A stretch of 64,000 nucleotides of DNA. It comes from Sphaerodactylus townsendi. Lineage: Eukaryota. Numbering within the stretch: position 1 is the first letter of the stretch; each line of letters starts with the position of its first letter. A program made the translations under genes and the position numbers. Location: assembly GCF_021028975.2 (NCBI RefSeq), contig NC_059429.1:81096001-81160000 (forward strand), written 5' to 3'. The notes under the pieces were generated by a model. That model searched no databases. It was not told the origin of the DNA and saw only the letters and a list, made by a program, of their open reading frames with translations. Positions 37,428-47,939 of this stretch are shown here, piece by piece.

Positions 37428-39032
37428 TTGAGGACTTTGGCCCCCACCCCAGTGCGGCTCCGGGTGTTGCAGGACTGGCTGCAGCTCTACCCTGACAGAC
37501 CCGCGGCAGAATTTTGGGAAAAGGGTTTCTCCTCTGGTTTTAGAATCCCTTACCAGGGGCACAGGAGGGCCTATCATGCGAATAATTTGAAGTCCGTCCT
37601 AGAGCACCCTGATGTGGTGGCTGACAAGCTCCACAAGGAGGTGGGGGCGGGCAGGATTGCGGGCCCCTTCATCCAGCCACCATTAGCCAATCTGAGGATG
37701 TCTCCCATCGGGGTCGTTCCTAAGAAGGCCCCAGGGGAATTCCGCCTCATACAACATCTCTCCCACCCCCGGGGTGATTCCGTAAATGATTTTATTGACC
37801 CGGAGACATGCTCAGTAAAGTATGCCACCCTGGACGAGGCCGTCAGCCTGATTAGGCAGGCCGGCCCGGGTGCCTTACTGGCAAAATGCGACATTCAGTC
37901 CACCTTCCGGCTCCTGCCCATCTCCCCTCTGGACTTCGAGTTGCCGGGCATCCACTTTCAGGGGCGATGGTATGTAGACAAAGCAATGCCCATGGGTTGC
38001 TACATAGCCTGTGCTGCCTTCGAGGCGTTCAGCTCATTCTTGGAATGGGCTTTCACGCAGAGGGTTCCCTCGGGGTTAGTCACGCACTATCTGGACGATT
38101 TCCTCTTCGTGGGCAGGCAGGGCACTGAGGAGTGCGAGACTGCGCTGAGAGCTTTTCAAGCCTTGGCAGAGGAGTTGGGGGTCCCCCTGGCCCCCAACAA
38201 AACCGAGGGCCCAGTCGCTGTTCTCAATTATCTGGGCATACAGCTGGACACAGTCCGGGGCACCTCCTCCCTTCCTCAAGAAAAACTGCTCGCATTAGCC
38301 GATCTTATTCATTCAGTCCTGCCGTTAAGGAACTGCAGAGTGCGGCTGGTGCAGTCCTTACTGGGTCACCTTAATTTTGCCTGCAGGGTGGTGGCACCCG
38401 GCAGGGCCTTTTGCTCCCGGCTGGCCAGGTCATTGTCCGGGTGCAGGTCCCCCCAGCACCACGTCAGAGTCACCAGAGGCCTGAAAGAAGACTTGAGGGT
38501 TTGGCAAACCTTCCTCTCTGGTTTTAATGGCATCTCTATATGGCAATCATCGCTGGAACCCGGCCTGGAACTACAGGTGCATTCTGATGCCTCCGGGGTT
38601 CACGGCTTTGGTGTCTATTTCCAAGGGCAATGGTCTTGGGGCCTATGGCCCGCAGCCTGGCACACGATGGGAATCACCAGGGACCTCACCTTTCTGGAAT
38701 TATTCCCTATATTGGTGGCGTTTCACATCTGGTACGGTTACTGGCAGGATAAGCGGGTGCTCTTCTGGTGCGATAACCAGGCGGTGGTGCGGGTAGTGAA
38801 CCGGCAATCTTGTAAATCCGCACGGGTGATGCGGTTGGTGCGCAACCTCGTTCTCACTTGCTTAACTCACAATATTTCCTTTAAAGCCGCTTTCGTTCCA
38901 GGTTTGAATAACGAAATCGCTGACGCCTTATCTCGCCAGCAGGTGGACCGCTTCAGGCGCCTGGCCCCCGGGGCAGAGCTGTTCCCAGCAAATGTGCCGG
39001 CGGCCTTGTGGAACCTTGGCAGCGGACCGTAA
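37428..39032 (+). CDS. Reverse transcriptase / RNase H (DIRS/Ngaro-type pol)
   Basis: 534 aa open frame. RT motifs VVPKK..FRLIQHLS, KCDI, MPMG, HYLDDF, YLGI; RNase H motifs SDAS, FLEL, CDN, N.IADALSR. The track start is TTG, so the true start is unclear; the frame overlaps the end of ORF1. Confidence 0.95.
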   Translation: MRTLAPTPVRLRVLQDWLQLYPDRPAAEFWEKGFSSGFRIPYQGHRRAYHANNLKSVLEHPDVVADKLHKEVGAGRIAGPFIQPPLANLRMSPIGVVPKKAPGEFRLIQHLSHPRGDSVNDFIDPETCSVKYATLDEAVSLIRQAGPGALLAKCDIQSTFRLLPISPLDFELPGIHFQGRWYVDKAMPMGCYIACAAFEAFSSFLEWAFTQRVPSGLVTHYLDDFLFVGRQGTEECETALRAFQALAEELGVPLAPNKTEGPVAVLNYLGIQLDTVRGTSSLPQEKLLALADLIHSVLPLRNCRVRLVQSLLGHLNFACRVVAPGRAFCSRLARSLSGCRSPQHHVRVTRGLKEDLRVWQTFLSGFNGISIWQSSLEPGLELQVHSDASGVHGFGVYFQGQWSWGLWPAAWHTMGITRDLTFLELFPILVAFHIWYGYWQDKRVLFWCDNQAVVRVVNRQSCKSARVMRLVRNLVLTCLTHNISFKAAFVPGLNNEIADALSRQQVDRFRRLAPGAELFPANVPAALWNLGSGP

Positions 39033-39922
39033 TCACAGGTGTTTTGAATTCGTTAGCCCCGGCCCCGCGTAGACAATTCGACGAGGCCGTGCACTTCCAG
39101 AGCTATGCAGCAGCCGCGGGGCGCTCAGTCCACAGCGGGGTGGACACAGGACTGTTACTTGAGTACTTGGTGCACCTTCACGGTCAGGGGACACCCCCCC
39201 AGTCCATGGGGGTCCAGCTGGCAGGGATAGCGTTTTATTGCAGGCTTTCAGGTTTCCTGGATGTGACCAAGGCGTTTGTGGTTTGCCGGCTCTTGGCTGG
39301 TTGGCGTCGGGCAGGCCCCAGCCAGAGAGATTTAAGGCGCCCCATTACGAGGGAGGTGCTCCAGGCAGTCACAGGCACACTGCGGCAGGTTTGCGCTTCG
39401 CGCTACGAGCGTCTGCTCTTCGCTGCAGCATTCCACGTGGCACATCACGGGGCTTTCCGGCCGGGGGAGCTGGTTGCCCTCTCCAGGGAGCGGCTATCGG
39501 GCAAGGTCTTACAAATCCAGCACCTAGTACTGTCGGGGGATGGGGTTTATGCATGGCTGACCCATTCCAAGACAGATCAGGAGGGCCACGGCCCTTGGGT
39601 CACGATGCCGGCCCTACCGGGCGACGTGACTTGCCCCCTTGCCTCGTTAACTGCATGGCTCCCCCGTAGGCCTCGGCAAGGGGGGATGCTCCTGGTCCAC
39701 GAGGACGGTTCCCCCCTCACCAGGTTTCAGATGCTTGCCGTGCTTAGGGCATGCTTGGCGCGGTCGGGCTTGCCAGCCACTGAGTTTGGCCTTCACTCCT
39801 TCCGGATAGGGGCTGCCATGTCCGCAGCACAGGAAGGCAGGGCCCACAATGAGATACATACCCTAGGCAGGTGGCGCTCAGATGCTTTCCGGGCTTACAT
39901 ACGCCCTCACCTCTCTTGTTAA
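39008..39922 (+). CDS. Tyrosine recombinase (phage-integrase family)
   Basis: Catalytic set present: GAFRPGEL (R), SKTDQ (K), HSFRIGAA (HxxR), LGRWRSDAFRAY (W, Y). Confidence 0.95.
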   Translation: MEPWQRTVITGVLNSLAPAPRRQFDEAVHFQSYAAAAGRSVHSGVDTGLLLEYLVHLHGQGTPPQSMGVQLAGIAFYCRLSGFLDVTKAFVVCRLLAGWRRAGPSQRDLRRPITREVLQAVTGTLRQVCASRYERLLFAAAFHVAHHGAFRPGELVALSRERLSGKVLQIQHLVLSGDGVYAWLTHSKTDQEGHGPWVTMPALPGDVTCPLASLTAWLPRRPRQGGMLLVHEDGSPLTRFQMLAVLRACLARSGLPATEFGLHSFRIGAAMSAAQEGRAHNEIHTLGRWRSDAFRAYIRPHLSC

Positions 39923-39934
39923 TTCCTTTACAGT

Positions 39935-40540
39935 GACTCCAGGGACGCCCAGACTGTTGTTCGACAGGTGTGGGTCGTGGGGCACAGCATCGTCAACCGT
40001 GCTGGAGACTATGCCTGCTCGTCCGAGTGGGGCCGGCATCTCGGCTTGGAAGCATACCTGAGCATCACCTGGATGGGTCAGGGCAGCATGAGGTGGGCTG
40101 ACCTGGAATACACCATATTTAACTATGTTTTCCACCTAACTGCTCCAGACATTCTGGTCATCCACTTGGGCAAAAATGACCTTCCGGCAATGTCGGGCCT
40201 CGATCTGATGTGGGCTGTTGATGTCACTCTGAAGAGCCTGCAGAGGCATCTGCTGGACACGGTTCTTGTGTGGTCAGGGCTTTTGCAGAGGATTCTGTGG
40301 AGGGGTGCTGAGAAGCCCCACCGGGTGGACAGGGCCCGCCGCAAAGTGGACAAGGCGGCCGCCAAACTGGTGCTCTCTCTAGGGGGAGCGGTGGCAGATC
40401 ACTCGGAGATCTCCCACGACATCCACGATTTGTACAGATCGGACGGTGTCCATCTTACCGATTGGGGGATGGATCTGTGGCTACAGTCCATCCGGCACAC
40501 CCTTCTCCAAGTGGTGCGGAATTGGCAGGCTCAGGCTTGA
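39935..40540 (+). CDS. SGNH/GDSL-like hydrolase ORF
   Basis: Blocks VWVVGHS, LVIHLGKNDL (GxND) and SDGVHL (DxxH). A hydrolase ORF after the YR is a known trait of some animal Ngaro elements. No ATG upstream of the catalytic Ser. Confidence 0.9.
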   Translation, partial: DSRDAQTVVRQVWVVGHSIVNRAGDYACSSEWGRHLGLEAYLSITWMGQGSMRWADLEYTIFNYVFHLTAPDILVIHLGKNDLPAMSGLDLMWAVDVTLKSLQRHLLDTVLVWSGLLQRILWRGAEKPHRVDRARRKVDKAAAKLVLSLGGAVADHSEISHDIHDLYRSDGVHLTDWGMDLWLQSIRHTLLQVVRNWQAQA

Positions 40541-40675
40541 GAAGCTTGGGCGGGAGCTGCAAGAGGGGCAGCTTGTGGCGGGTTGGCAACGGGAGTCGCA
40601 ACATCTGGGGAGAAAACGAGCCATCCGGCAGGTTCTCCCAGGCTTGTGCCCTGCGGAAGGGCCGGGGTGTGTGGT

Positions 40676-40848
40676 GGGCCGGCTGGCAGGCCGGTAGGCT
40701 TGGCCGTTGCCTGACACCCCAGGGAGTGGGGTGGGTCGGGCCGGCTGGCAGGCCGGCAGGCTTAGCCAGTGCCCGACACCCCAGCAAGCTTGGGGAGGAT
40801 GGCGGGCTGGTAGGCGGTCATGGGCTTAGCCGGTGCCCGCCTCCTCAG
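40676..40848 (+). repeat. Three degenerate ~62 bp tandem repeats in the Ngaro 3' non-coding region
   Basis: gggccggctggcaggccgg(t/c)aggctt(g/a)gcc..tgcc(t/c)gacaccccag at 40676 and 40738, with a looser third copy at ~40801. Confidence 0.8.
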
Positions 40849-41001
40849 CAGGAGCAGGAAGGGTTGAAGCTGGAGTGTTACCTCCGGGGCTCCCCTTCCC
40901 GCTGGTGGCCCCAATGGAGATTGGGGATCGATTGATGTTGCGACCCGTTTGCTGCCCTAGCTTCTCTGTATATAGTTATTGTATATATTTGCATTTATAT
41001 T

Positions 41002-41007
41002 AATAAA
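41002..41007 (+). terminator. Polyadenylation signal of the Ngaro-type element
   Basis: AATAAA after an AT-rich tract, followed by GT-rich gtcgtagttgtgtcttt, ~85 bp from the element's right end. Confidence 0.65.
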
Positions 41008-42394
41008 TTGGGCTGCGGCCCAATCCATTTTTCCAAGCCTGTCGTAGTTGTGTCTTTATTTTGGCGGAGAAGGGTCTCACCATCTGCACGCAATGGGCAG
41101 CTGAAGCCTTTCATGACACAGAGGCAAGAGCAACACCATGACCCTCAGACATGCACAACAAAACACCCAGTTAAACATCTAGTAAAGAAGCAGGGCATGT
41201 TTTCTTCTGGTTGTTGACAACCATAGATAAGGGCATAGTAAGAGGGAAATAGGAAACATTTAGTGGAAACGTTTTCTGGATCCAATCTCATCTTTACTTG
41301 CTTATTAAACTTATTTTAGGACTTGAAATACATTTTAAAAATTTGATAGTGCATAACATTATACAATTTTGTTTATTATTGAAATTAAAAATATCCTGTA
41401 GTTTTGTTCAAACAAAATTACAAATGTGAAACGCACTAGAGAAAGTTTCAAACTGATGCATTCTCTGCTACCTGAGCTCAGATATCTTAGTTTACACCTA
41501 AAATGTTCTTCTTAAATAATTTCCCACCAAATAATAGAGGTTTTGTAATTGTTCTTCAGTAAGGCAGGCCAATAAGCTGCTAGTTTGGATGGAGCAGAGT
41601 GTCTATGTCACACCTCTTTAAGAAGTTAAAAGGTTGGTTATGGGTTGGTTGGTTATATCAAGAGAACAGCAGATTCAAGTTAGAAATGCTAAAGCAATTC
41701 CCAGTTTTATCTGGTTGACTTGAACCTTGGTGAGGAGAATCATATTTCTGCCCAAAAAGTAGCAGGGATAGTTTTGCTCCCACCCTTCTTAAAGAACTGG
41801 AGATGCCACACGCTGGGGTGGGGGAAAAGGAAGGGCTGCTGTGCTGTACTCTGTACAACCAACAAGAGAATGAGGTAGGGTTGGCGGTTCGGCCCCTCCC
41901 GAACGGCAAATCAGGCCGAGATCAGTCAGTTCGGAGGGGGTCGGAGGGCCGAGGAGCCGAGCCTGCCCCCTCCTCACTCTAAACTAACCGGCGCTGGGTT
42001 CTTCCCTCTCGGTGCCAGCTTAAGCCCGAGCCAGTTTCTGGGGAAAATAAAAATTTAACTCCTTCTGGCCCAGTCTTCTCCTCTGGCAAGTTTCTTGGGA
42101 CGAAATGAGCTTCCAAGTAAGCTTTGGGACGAAAGCAGCTTCGCAAGTAAAAAAACAAAACAACAACCCTACCGCAGTTTACCGCCCCCCCCACCCCACT
42201 CCCCGCAGTTTACAAGCACCCACCCCCACTCCAGCCTTCATTTCCCACCCAACTCCGCCGCCAAAACCCCAAGACTTCGAATCCCCATGCCGCCTTCTGG
42301 CAAGTGGCGTGGACGAAAGGGGCTTCAAACTACAAAAAATAAAACTCACAGAATGGTCCCCACAAAGCTTCCACCCAAAGAGACTCCCACTTAC

Positions 42395-43605
42395 CCACAG
42401 TGTCACTGGGCTTTCCCCACTTAGCCCGTAGTTTCTCCCGCCGGGCTACTTGAGGAGAGAGTAGCTGCTCCTCCTCCTCCTCATACACGCAGGGCTGCCA
42501 CAGCGCAGCCGCCTGCTGCTGCCGCTGGGCCTTTCCCCCCCACTTAGCCGCAAGCTCCCCGGGCGCTACTTGAGGAGAGTAGCGCCGGGTTCCTCCTTCC
42601 TCCTCATGGCAGGGCAGCCACAATGGAAGTCGCTCTCGCTGCCGCTGGGCCTTTCCCCGTTTACCGGTAGCGAAGCCCCGCCGGCTACTTGAGGAGAGTA
42701 GCTGGGTTCCTCCTCCTCCCAAGACGCAGGCTGCTGACAGCGCAGTCACCTTACCGCTGCCGCTGGGCTTCCTTTCCCCACTTACCGGGTGAAGCTCCCG
42801 TGCTATTTGGAGGAGAGTAGCTGGGTTCCTCCTCCCTCACCTGCAGGGACGGCCAGCCAGCCGCGAAGTCAGCTTCCACCGCTGCCGCTGGGCCTTTCCA
42901 CTTCACCGTGAACTCTGCTACTTCTTGAGGAGAGTAGCGCAATTCCTCCTCCCTCCTTCGACGGCAGGGCGGCTACAGCCGCCAGTGCCGCCTTGCCGCT
43001 GTCGCTGGGCCTTTCTCTACTTAATCGCGAAGCCCCTCGCCGCTACTTGAGGAGAGTAGCCGTGGGTTCCTCCTCCTCATCGCGTAGGGCGTGCTACCAA
43101 AGAAAGTCAGCCCACCGGCTGCCGCTGGGCCTTCCCTCACTTTAACATCAGAAGCCCTCTCTGCGGCTACCTTGAGAAGAGTAGCTGGTCTCCTCCTTCC
43201 GACGCAGGGCGCTACAAAGAGCCAGCCCTACCGCTGCCGCTGGGTTTTCCCTTTACTCATCTTTACCGTAACCCCGCGGCTACTTTGGAGGGAGAGTAGC
43301 GCCGTTCTCCCTCTCCTCTATCGGGTAGGGCGCTACAAAGCAGTCAGCTTCCGCCACCGCGTCGCTGGGCCTTTCCCCACTTGTCAGTAAGCTCCCGCTA
43401 CTTGAGGAGAGTAGCTGGTTCCTCCTCCATCCCTAATGCAGGGCGTGCCACAGTACTGGAAGCCGCGTCAGCTGTCAAGGCCTTTCCCCATCTTTATCGT
43501 AGTGCTCCCGCCGCCACTTGAGGAGAGTAAAGCGGGCAATTCCTCCTCCTCCTCAATGCACGGTAGCGGCCACAGCGCAGTCGCCTTCCACCGCCGTCGC
43601 TTTCG
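42395..43605. repeat. ~120 bp GC-rich tandem array (~10 units) inside the hAT element
   Basis: Recurring gccgctgggcctttcccc..gctacttgaggagagtagc..ttcctcctcc..gcagggc at ~119-120 bp period. Confidence 0.9.
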
Positions 43606-43994
43606 TCGCCCCTCAGCTACAGCGGGCATCTCAGGCTTTTCTGAACGGCTTTGACGACTTCGCGACAGAGCTGGTCAGTGGACGCTTCGACGCTAAGGGC
43701 TGATGCCGCTGGAGAGCAGCGCCAGCGGCATAGGGGATGGAAGGGAGTGGGGAAAAGCTCCATTGTCCACAGGCTTCTCCACTCCAGTGAAGCGCAGGAC
43801 AGCACAGTAAGGCTGGAAGAAAAAAAGTGCTGGGGAAAAAAAGAAACAAAAGCAGAGAATCCACATCCCCAATGTTAGAAATGTGGCAAAACAACACTTT
43901 AACTGAAAAAAATCAACTACTTTTAACTGAACAACTAACTAAAAAACTTTAATAAATTTATGTGGTGAATTCCACCTGCCTGGGAGAGTTTCTT

Positions 43995-44460
43995 TACCAC
44001 AGTGCCCGCGAAAACATGGTTAAAAGCATGGATCCTCAAGGATCCGCGATGGTTTTTTCACTTGGTCACCCAAGCAAAATCACCACCACCAACATGGCAC
44101 AAGTCCTTAGACATTACGTCTGAACAAAGTAGTCACACATCCCATGCTTCATGGGCTCCAACAGTGCCCCAAAACATGGTTAAAAGCTATGGATCCTCAA
44201 GCGATCCACATGGTTTTTTTCTACCTATCACCCAAAATCACCACCACATCATGGCACAAGTCCTTAGGCACATGTTCGCACAAAGCAGTCACACATCCCA
44301 CGCTTCATGGCCCAACAGTGCCCCAAAAACATGATCAAAAAAAGAATGGATCCTCACCGACTTACCGATTTTTTCCTTGGTCACCCCAAAAATCAATACT
44401 GTAAACATCACACAGTAGCACAAAAAATCTGTTTAAAAAAGCAAGGTTCCTCAAGGATCC
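43995..44460. repeat. ~150 bp tandem array (~3 units) inside the hAT element
   Basis: acagtgccc..aaaacatggttaaaagc..ggatcctcaag..catggcacaagtccttag repeated. Confidence 0.8.
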
Positions 44461-45615
44461 TTAACTCGTCATCCAAACTGCACTGAAACCTAGGGGGTAT
44501 GATCATGAAAGTCTCCCAGATGATGATACTCCTGAAATTTTGGTGTCTCTAGCTTTAAAAAATGTATTGTCGAAGGCTTTAAAAAAATGGTTTTCCATGC
44601 TTTTCATCCCCCCTCCTCGACATTAAGGTGATAATGGACCACCTGTTTGTGGGTCCATAACTTGGGCCCCCCCTTGAACCAAACTGCAATCTCAAACATG
44701 GGGTGTAAGTGATCAGAATAGCGTCTGGGAGACACCCTTCTGAAAGTTTGGTGATGATACCTTTAAAAATGCGCCTCTGCAGGCACCCCAGGAATTCCCC
44801 CCATTGAAAGCAATTGAAAAATCTCACTGCAAACCACGGTGAATCTCAGGGCGTAATCTCTCAGGTTGAGGTGGGGCGCATTTTTTAGTAGTATCAGCAT
44901 TTAATTAGAATAATACTGTTTTGATTATGCATCTGCTTATATTAGTGGAATAGGGGCCTATATGTTGATCCTCAAAGATAGCCCCTATATTCCATTGGCT
45001 TCCCCATTGACAACAATGGAATATGTGGGCTATTCTTTGAGAGGGTCCATAACTTCTGGGCCCCTGACCCAAACTGCAATCTCAAAACCTGGGGTGCATA
45101 ATCAGAACAGTATTCCTGAAGATACCCTGAAATTTTCATGGCGCCAATATCTTCAAAAAATGCGCCCCTGCAGGCCAAAACAGGGAAAAACAGCAAAAAA
45201 ATAAAACGAACCCGAGAATCTCGGAAATTCGGGTGTATCCGAGCCTGGCAGGCTCAGATATGGGGGGATCCGACCCCATACATCCGAACTGGACCCGAAT
45301 CCGAACCGGGGCCGAATTTTTTTCCCATTTACCAACCCTAGAATGAGGCACTTTTAAAAGCTCTACTCATTTGTAGCTACTCATCTCCATCCTTCCCTCC
45401 TTGTGGCAGCAATGCAGGATTAGATGGTCACCTCAAGACCATGCAAGATTTTTTGGGTTCCTATCTGCCTGGCTCCCCAGCTTGGATTTTCCAGGCTAGC
45501 CTGATCTCATCAACTCTAAGCTGATAAGCTGGTGTGGTCTTGGTTAGTATTGAGATGGGAGACCACCAAGGAAGTCCAGCATAACTATACAAGGGCAGCC
45601 AATGGCAGACAACTA

Positions 45616-45940
45616 CGCAGCAGTGGCGTAGGAGGTTAAGAGCTTGTGTATCTAATCTGGAGGAACCGAGTTTGATTCCCAGCTCTGCCGCCTGAGTTGT
45701 GGAGGCTTATCTGGGGAATTCAGATTAGCCTGTACACTCCCACACATGCCAGCTGGGTGACCTTGGGCTAGTCACAGCTTCTCGGAGCTTTCTCAGCCCC
45801 ACCTACCTCACAGGGTGTTTGTTGTGAGGGGGGAAGGGCAAGGAGATTGTAAGCCCCTTTGAGTCTCCTGCAGGAGAGAAAGGGGGGATATAAATCCAAA
45901 CTCCTCCTCCTCCTCCTCTTGTTGTTGTTGTTGTTGTTGT
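45616..45940 (+). mobile_element. tRNA-derived SINE (Squam3-like), inserted in a 5S-derived SINE
   Basis: Box A tggcgtaggagg, box B gtttgattcc, core ctgggtgaccttgggctagtcac, L2-type tail ending tataaat followed by (ctc)n(gtt)n. Confidence 0.85.
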
Positions 45941-47939
45941 CTGGGAACCCCGCAAGGCTGTTATGTGTGACTTAATACTCGTTCCACTTTCTGACTGGCT
46001 AGTATAATGGACCTTAATTTTGCCTATTTCACATTTGTTGTGGTAGGACAATGTTGTCTGTCTATCTGTCTATCACAGACTAATTCTGAGCAGCTGGTAT
46101 GGCGAAACTGAAGTTGGCAGGATTTATGAGGGCAGGTGCTTATTGTTAAATTAGATTGGAAAAAACCCTGTGTCATTCACAGATTAGGAGAGACACTAAA
46201 AACAGCCACTGATTTTTGCATTGTGCTGGGAGGGGGTCTAATGTCTTCTTGTGCTTAAACATTTGCACTGGTAATGTTTGCACTGTTCAGTGTGGTCAGA
46301 CACAGTTCCTATTGTAATTAATATGCCCTAGTGTAACCCATATATTTGTCTGCTCTTGCAGCCCCTCCATTTATTTTTGTACAAGGACTCTAGTACTGCC
46401 AAATCTTCCTTTTCCAAGAGTAATCTTGGACCCTCCCTTCCCACGAGGTTTAATAGAAACAACTTACCAAGATATTTACTTTATTTACATTATTTATAGT
46501 CTGCCTTTCTCACAGGGACTCCATGGGGATTATATATAGATATGTAAAATAGTCATAAAGATTTTAGGCATGTGCAACACACGTCTTTCTTTTCACTGAG
46601 TAACCTGGAGTAGCAATGAAACTGCAAGGCTTTGAAAAGGTGATGGTATATTCATTTGGTCAGAAGCGCTAAAACACATCTTAAAGACTTTGGTTTCAGC
46701 ACTGAAGAATAAGTGAAGAAGCTGATTAATAAGTCACGTTTGCAATGAAGATATTTTGAAAAACCCATGATTGCCACTTCCAATAAATAAGGAGCAGATA
46801 CATACATGCAGCTTCCACCTTGGTCCATCATGTTGCCTTAGATTTAAGGAGGACCTTTTTGTAGGCAATTTTATCTGCATCTCCTCAACAGAAATATCAC
46901 TGTTCCTTCTCTTGACAGGCAATATGAATGACCTTTTCAATTTAACATACTGTTAACTAGTTGGGTAGACACCAGAACAAATAAAGCCTATTCTATTATG
47001 TAGGGGAACAACAATTAAATAGTGGGTAAGTTTTATTGGCATTCTGTGTGGTTCGACTCCAGCCTTGGCAGCACCCCAGGTAGTTAAACATTTAAGAGAG
47101 AGACGCAAGGCGGGGGTCGGGGGAGAGAACAGCACTTAAAAGACTGTGGTCACTTATGCCAGTGCTGCTGAAGACAGCACAGACTTCACCCACTACTGGT
47201 GCCATTAAGACTGGACTTCAGACTCATTTCAGGTCTCACATACAGGCTGTAGATGTCAAGACCTGTTAAATACAATGGGACTTACTTCTGAGTACATATG
47301 CATCAAATCAGGTTACACTGTGGAGATGTATGAAGTGAAAGAAGACTGCTGAACATTCATTCTGTGTTTCACATTTGACATATCCATCTGGATCATCAAG
47401 TCAGCTAATGGTGCCATTGTTCATAGCTGGTTTCGGATCTGAGTTCAAGTTCTCCTGGGCTAAGGCCAGCATTCTATTTGCTACGCTTGGCCCTCCAGCT
47501 GGTATCTTTTCATGCTTGGAATAAGCAGTAACTTTCCTGATGAGGGACAAAGCTGTGCTGCACCATTTCAGACAGACATTGCTTGGTTTCTTTTATTCTG
47601 TGGATTTCTTTTTACACAGATAGAACACACCTAGCAAACTCTGGCCTATAAAACCCTGCTTATATAATTGTGCCCACACAATCTTGTCTATAGAAAAGAA
47701 AGGCTTGAAAAAGTATGTGGAAAAAAACCCTGTGAAGACAAAGGCAAGTATGTGGTCTCTATCCCAACTGTACCTGGGACAGAGATTATAAGCACTGCTC
47801 ATGATGTTTAGATTTTAGCCCCACCACAGACACAGACAGAATGCTAGTGGGGTCACAAAGTGTGGAGGGCTCAGCTGGCAATCATTTTTATGTTTGGCTC
47901 CTCCTCTATATCACTATATTCAGGTCACTTCAGGAAGGC

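Larger units (their letters stand above)
35470..41091 (+). mobile_element. Ngaro-type (DIRS order) tyrosine-recombinase retrotransposon, near full length
   Basis: GC-rich island with gag-RT/RH-YR-SGNH hydrolase ORF order. Removing it rejoins a host MITE (..gcttatgtgtaga | aatgggcagctgaagc.., compare cttaatgtgtggaaatgggtagctgaagc at ~26083-26111). Boundaries are uncertain by a few bp within the A-run. Confidence 0.93.
35415..41225 (+). mobile_element. Small MITE (TAGGGTTGCCA-type TIR, hAT-like) split by the Ngaro insertion into 35415-35469 and 41092-41225
   Basis: Degenerate TIRs tagagttgcta / ttgacaaccata; the two halves are colinear with the uninterrupted copy at 27068-27225. Confidence 0.7.
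41876..45340. mobile_element. Non-autonomous hAT-like DNA transposon (3.47 kb)
   Basis: TIR tagggttgg / ccaacccta, exact 8-bp TSD gaatgagg (41868-41875, 45341-45348), subterminal ccga/tcgg motif clusters, no transposase ORF. Confidence 0.92.

Noticed and set aside
35808-40935. Antisense and alternate-frame ORFs overlapping the Ngaro genes
   Set aside because: Expected by-products of GC-rich coding sequence.
42395-43605. CRISPR-like appearance (palindromic repeats at regular spacing)
   Set aside because: The intervening sequences are homologous to each other rather than unique spacers; eukaryotic context and no cas genes.
45616-45700. tRNA gene
   Set aside because: A and B boxes only, no cloverleaf; head of a SINE.
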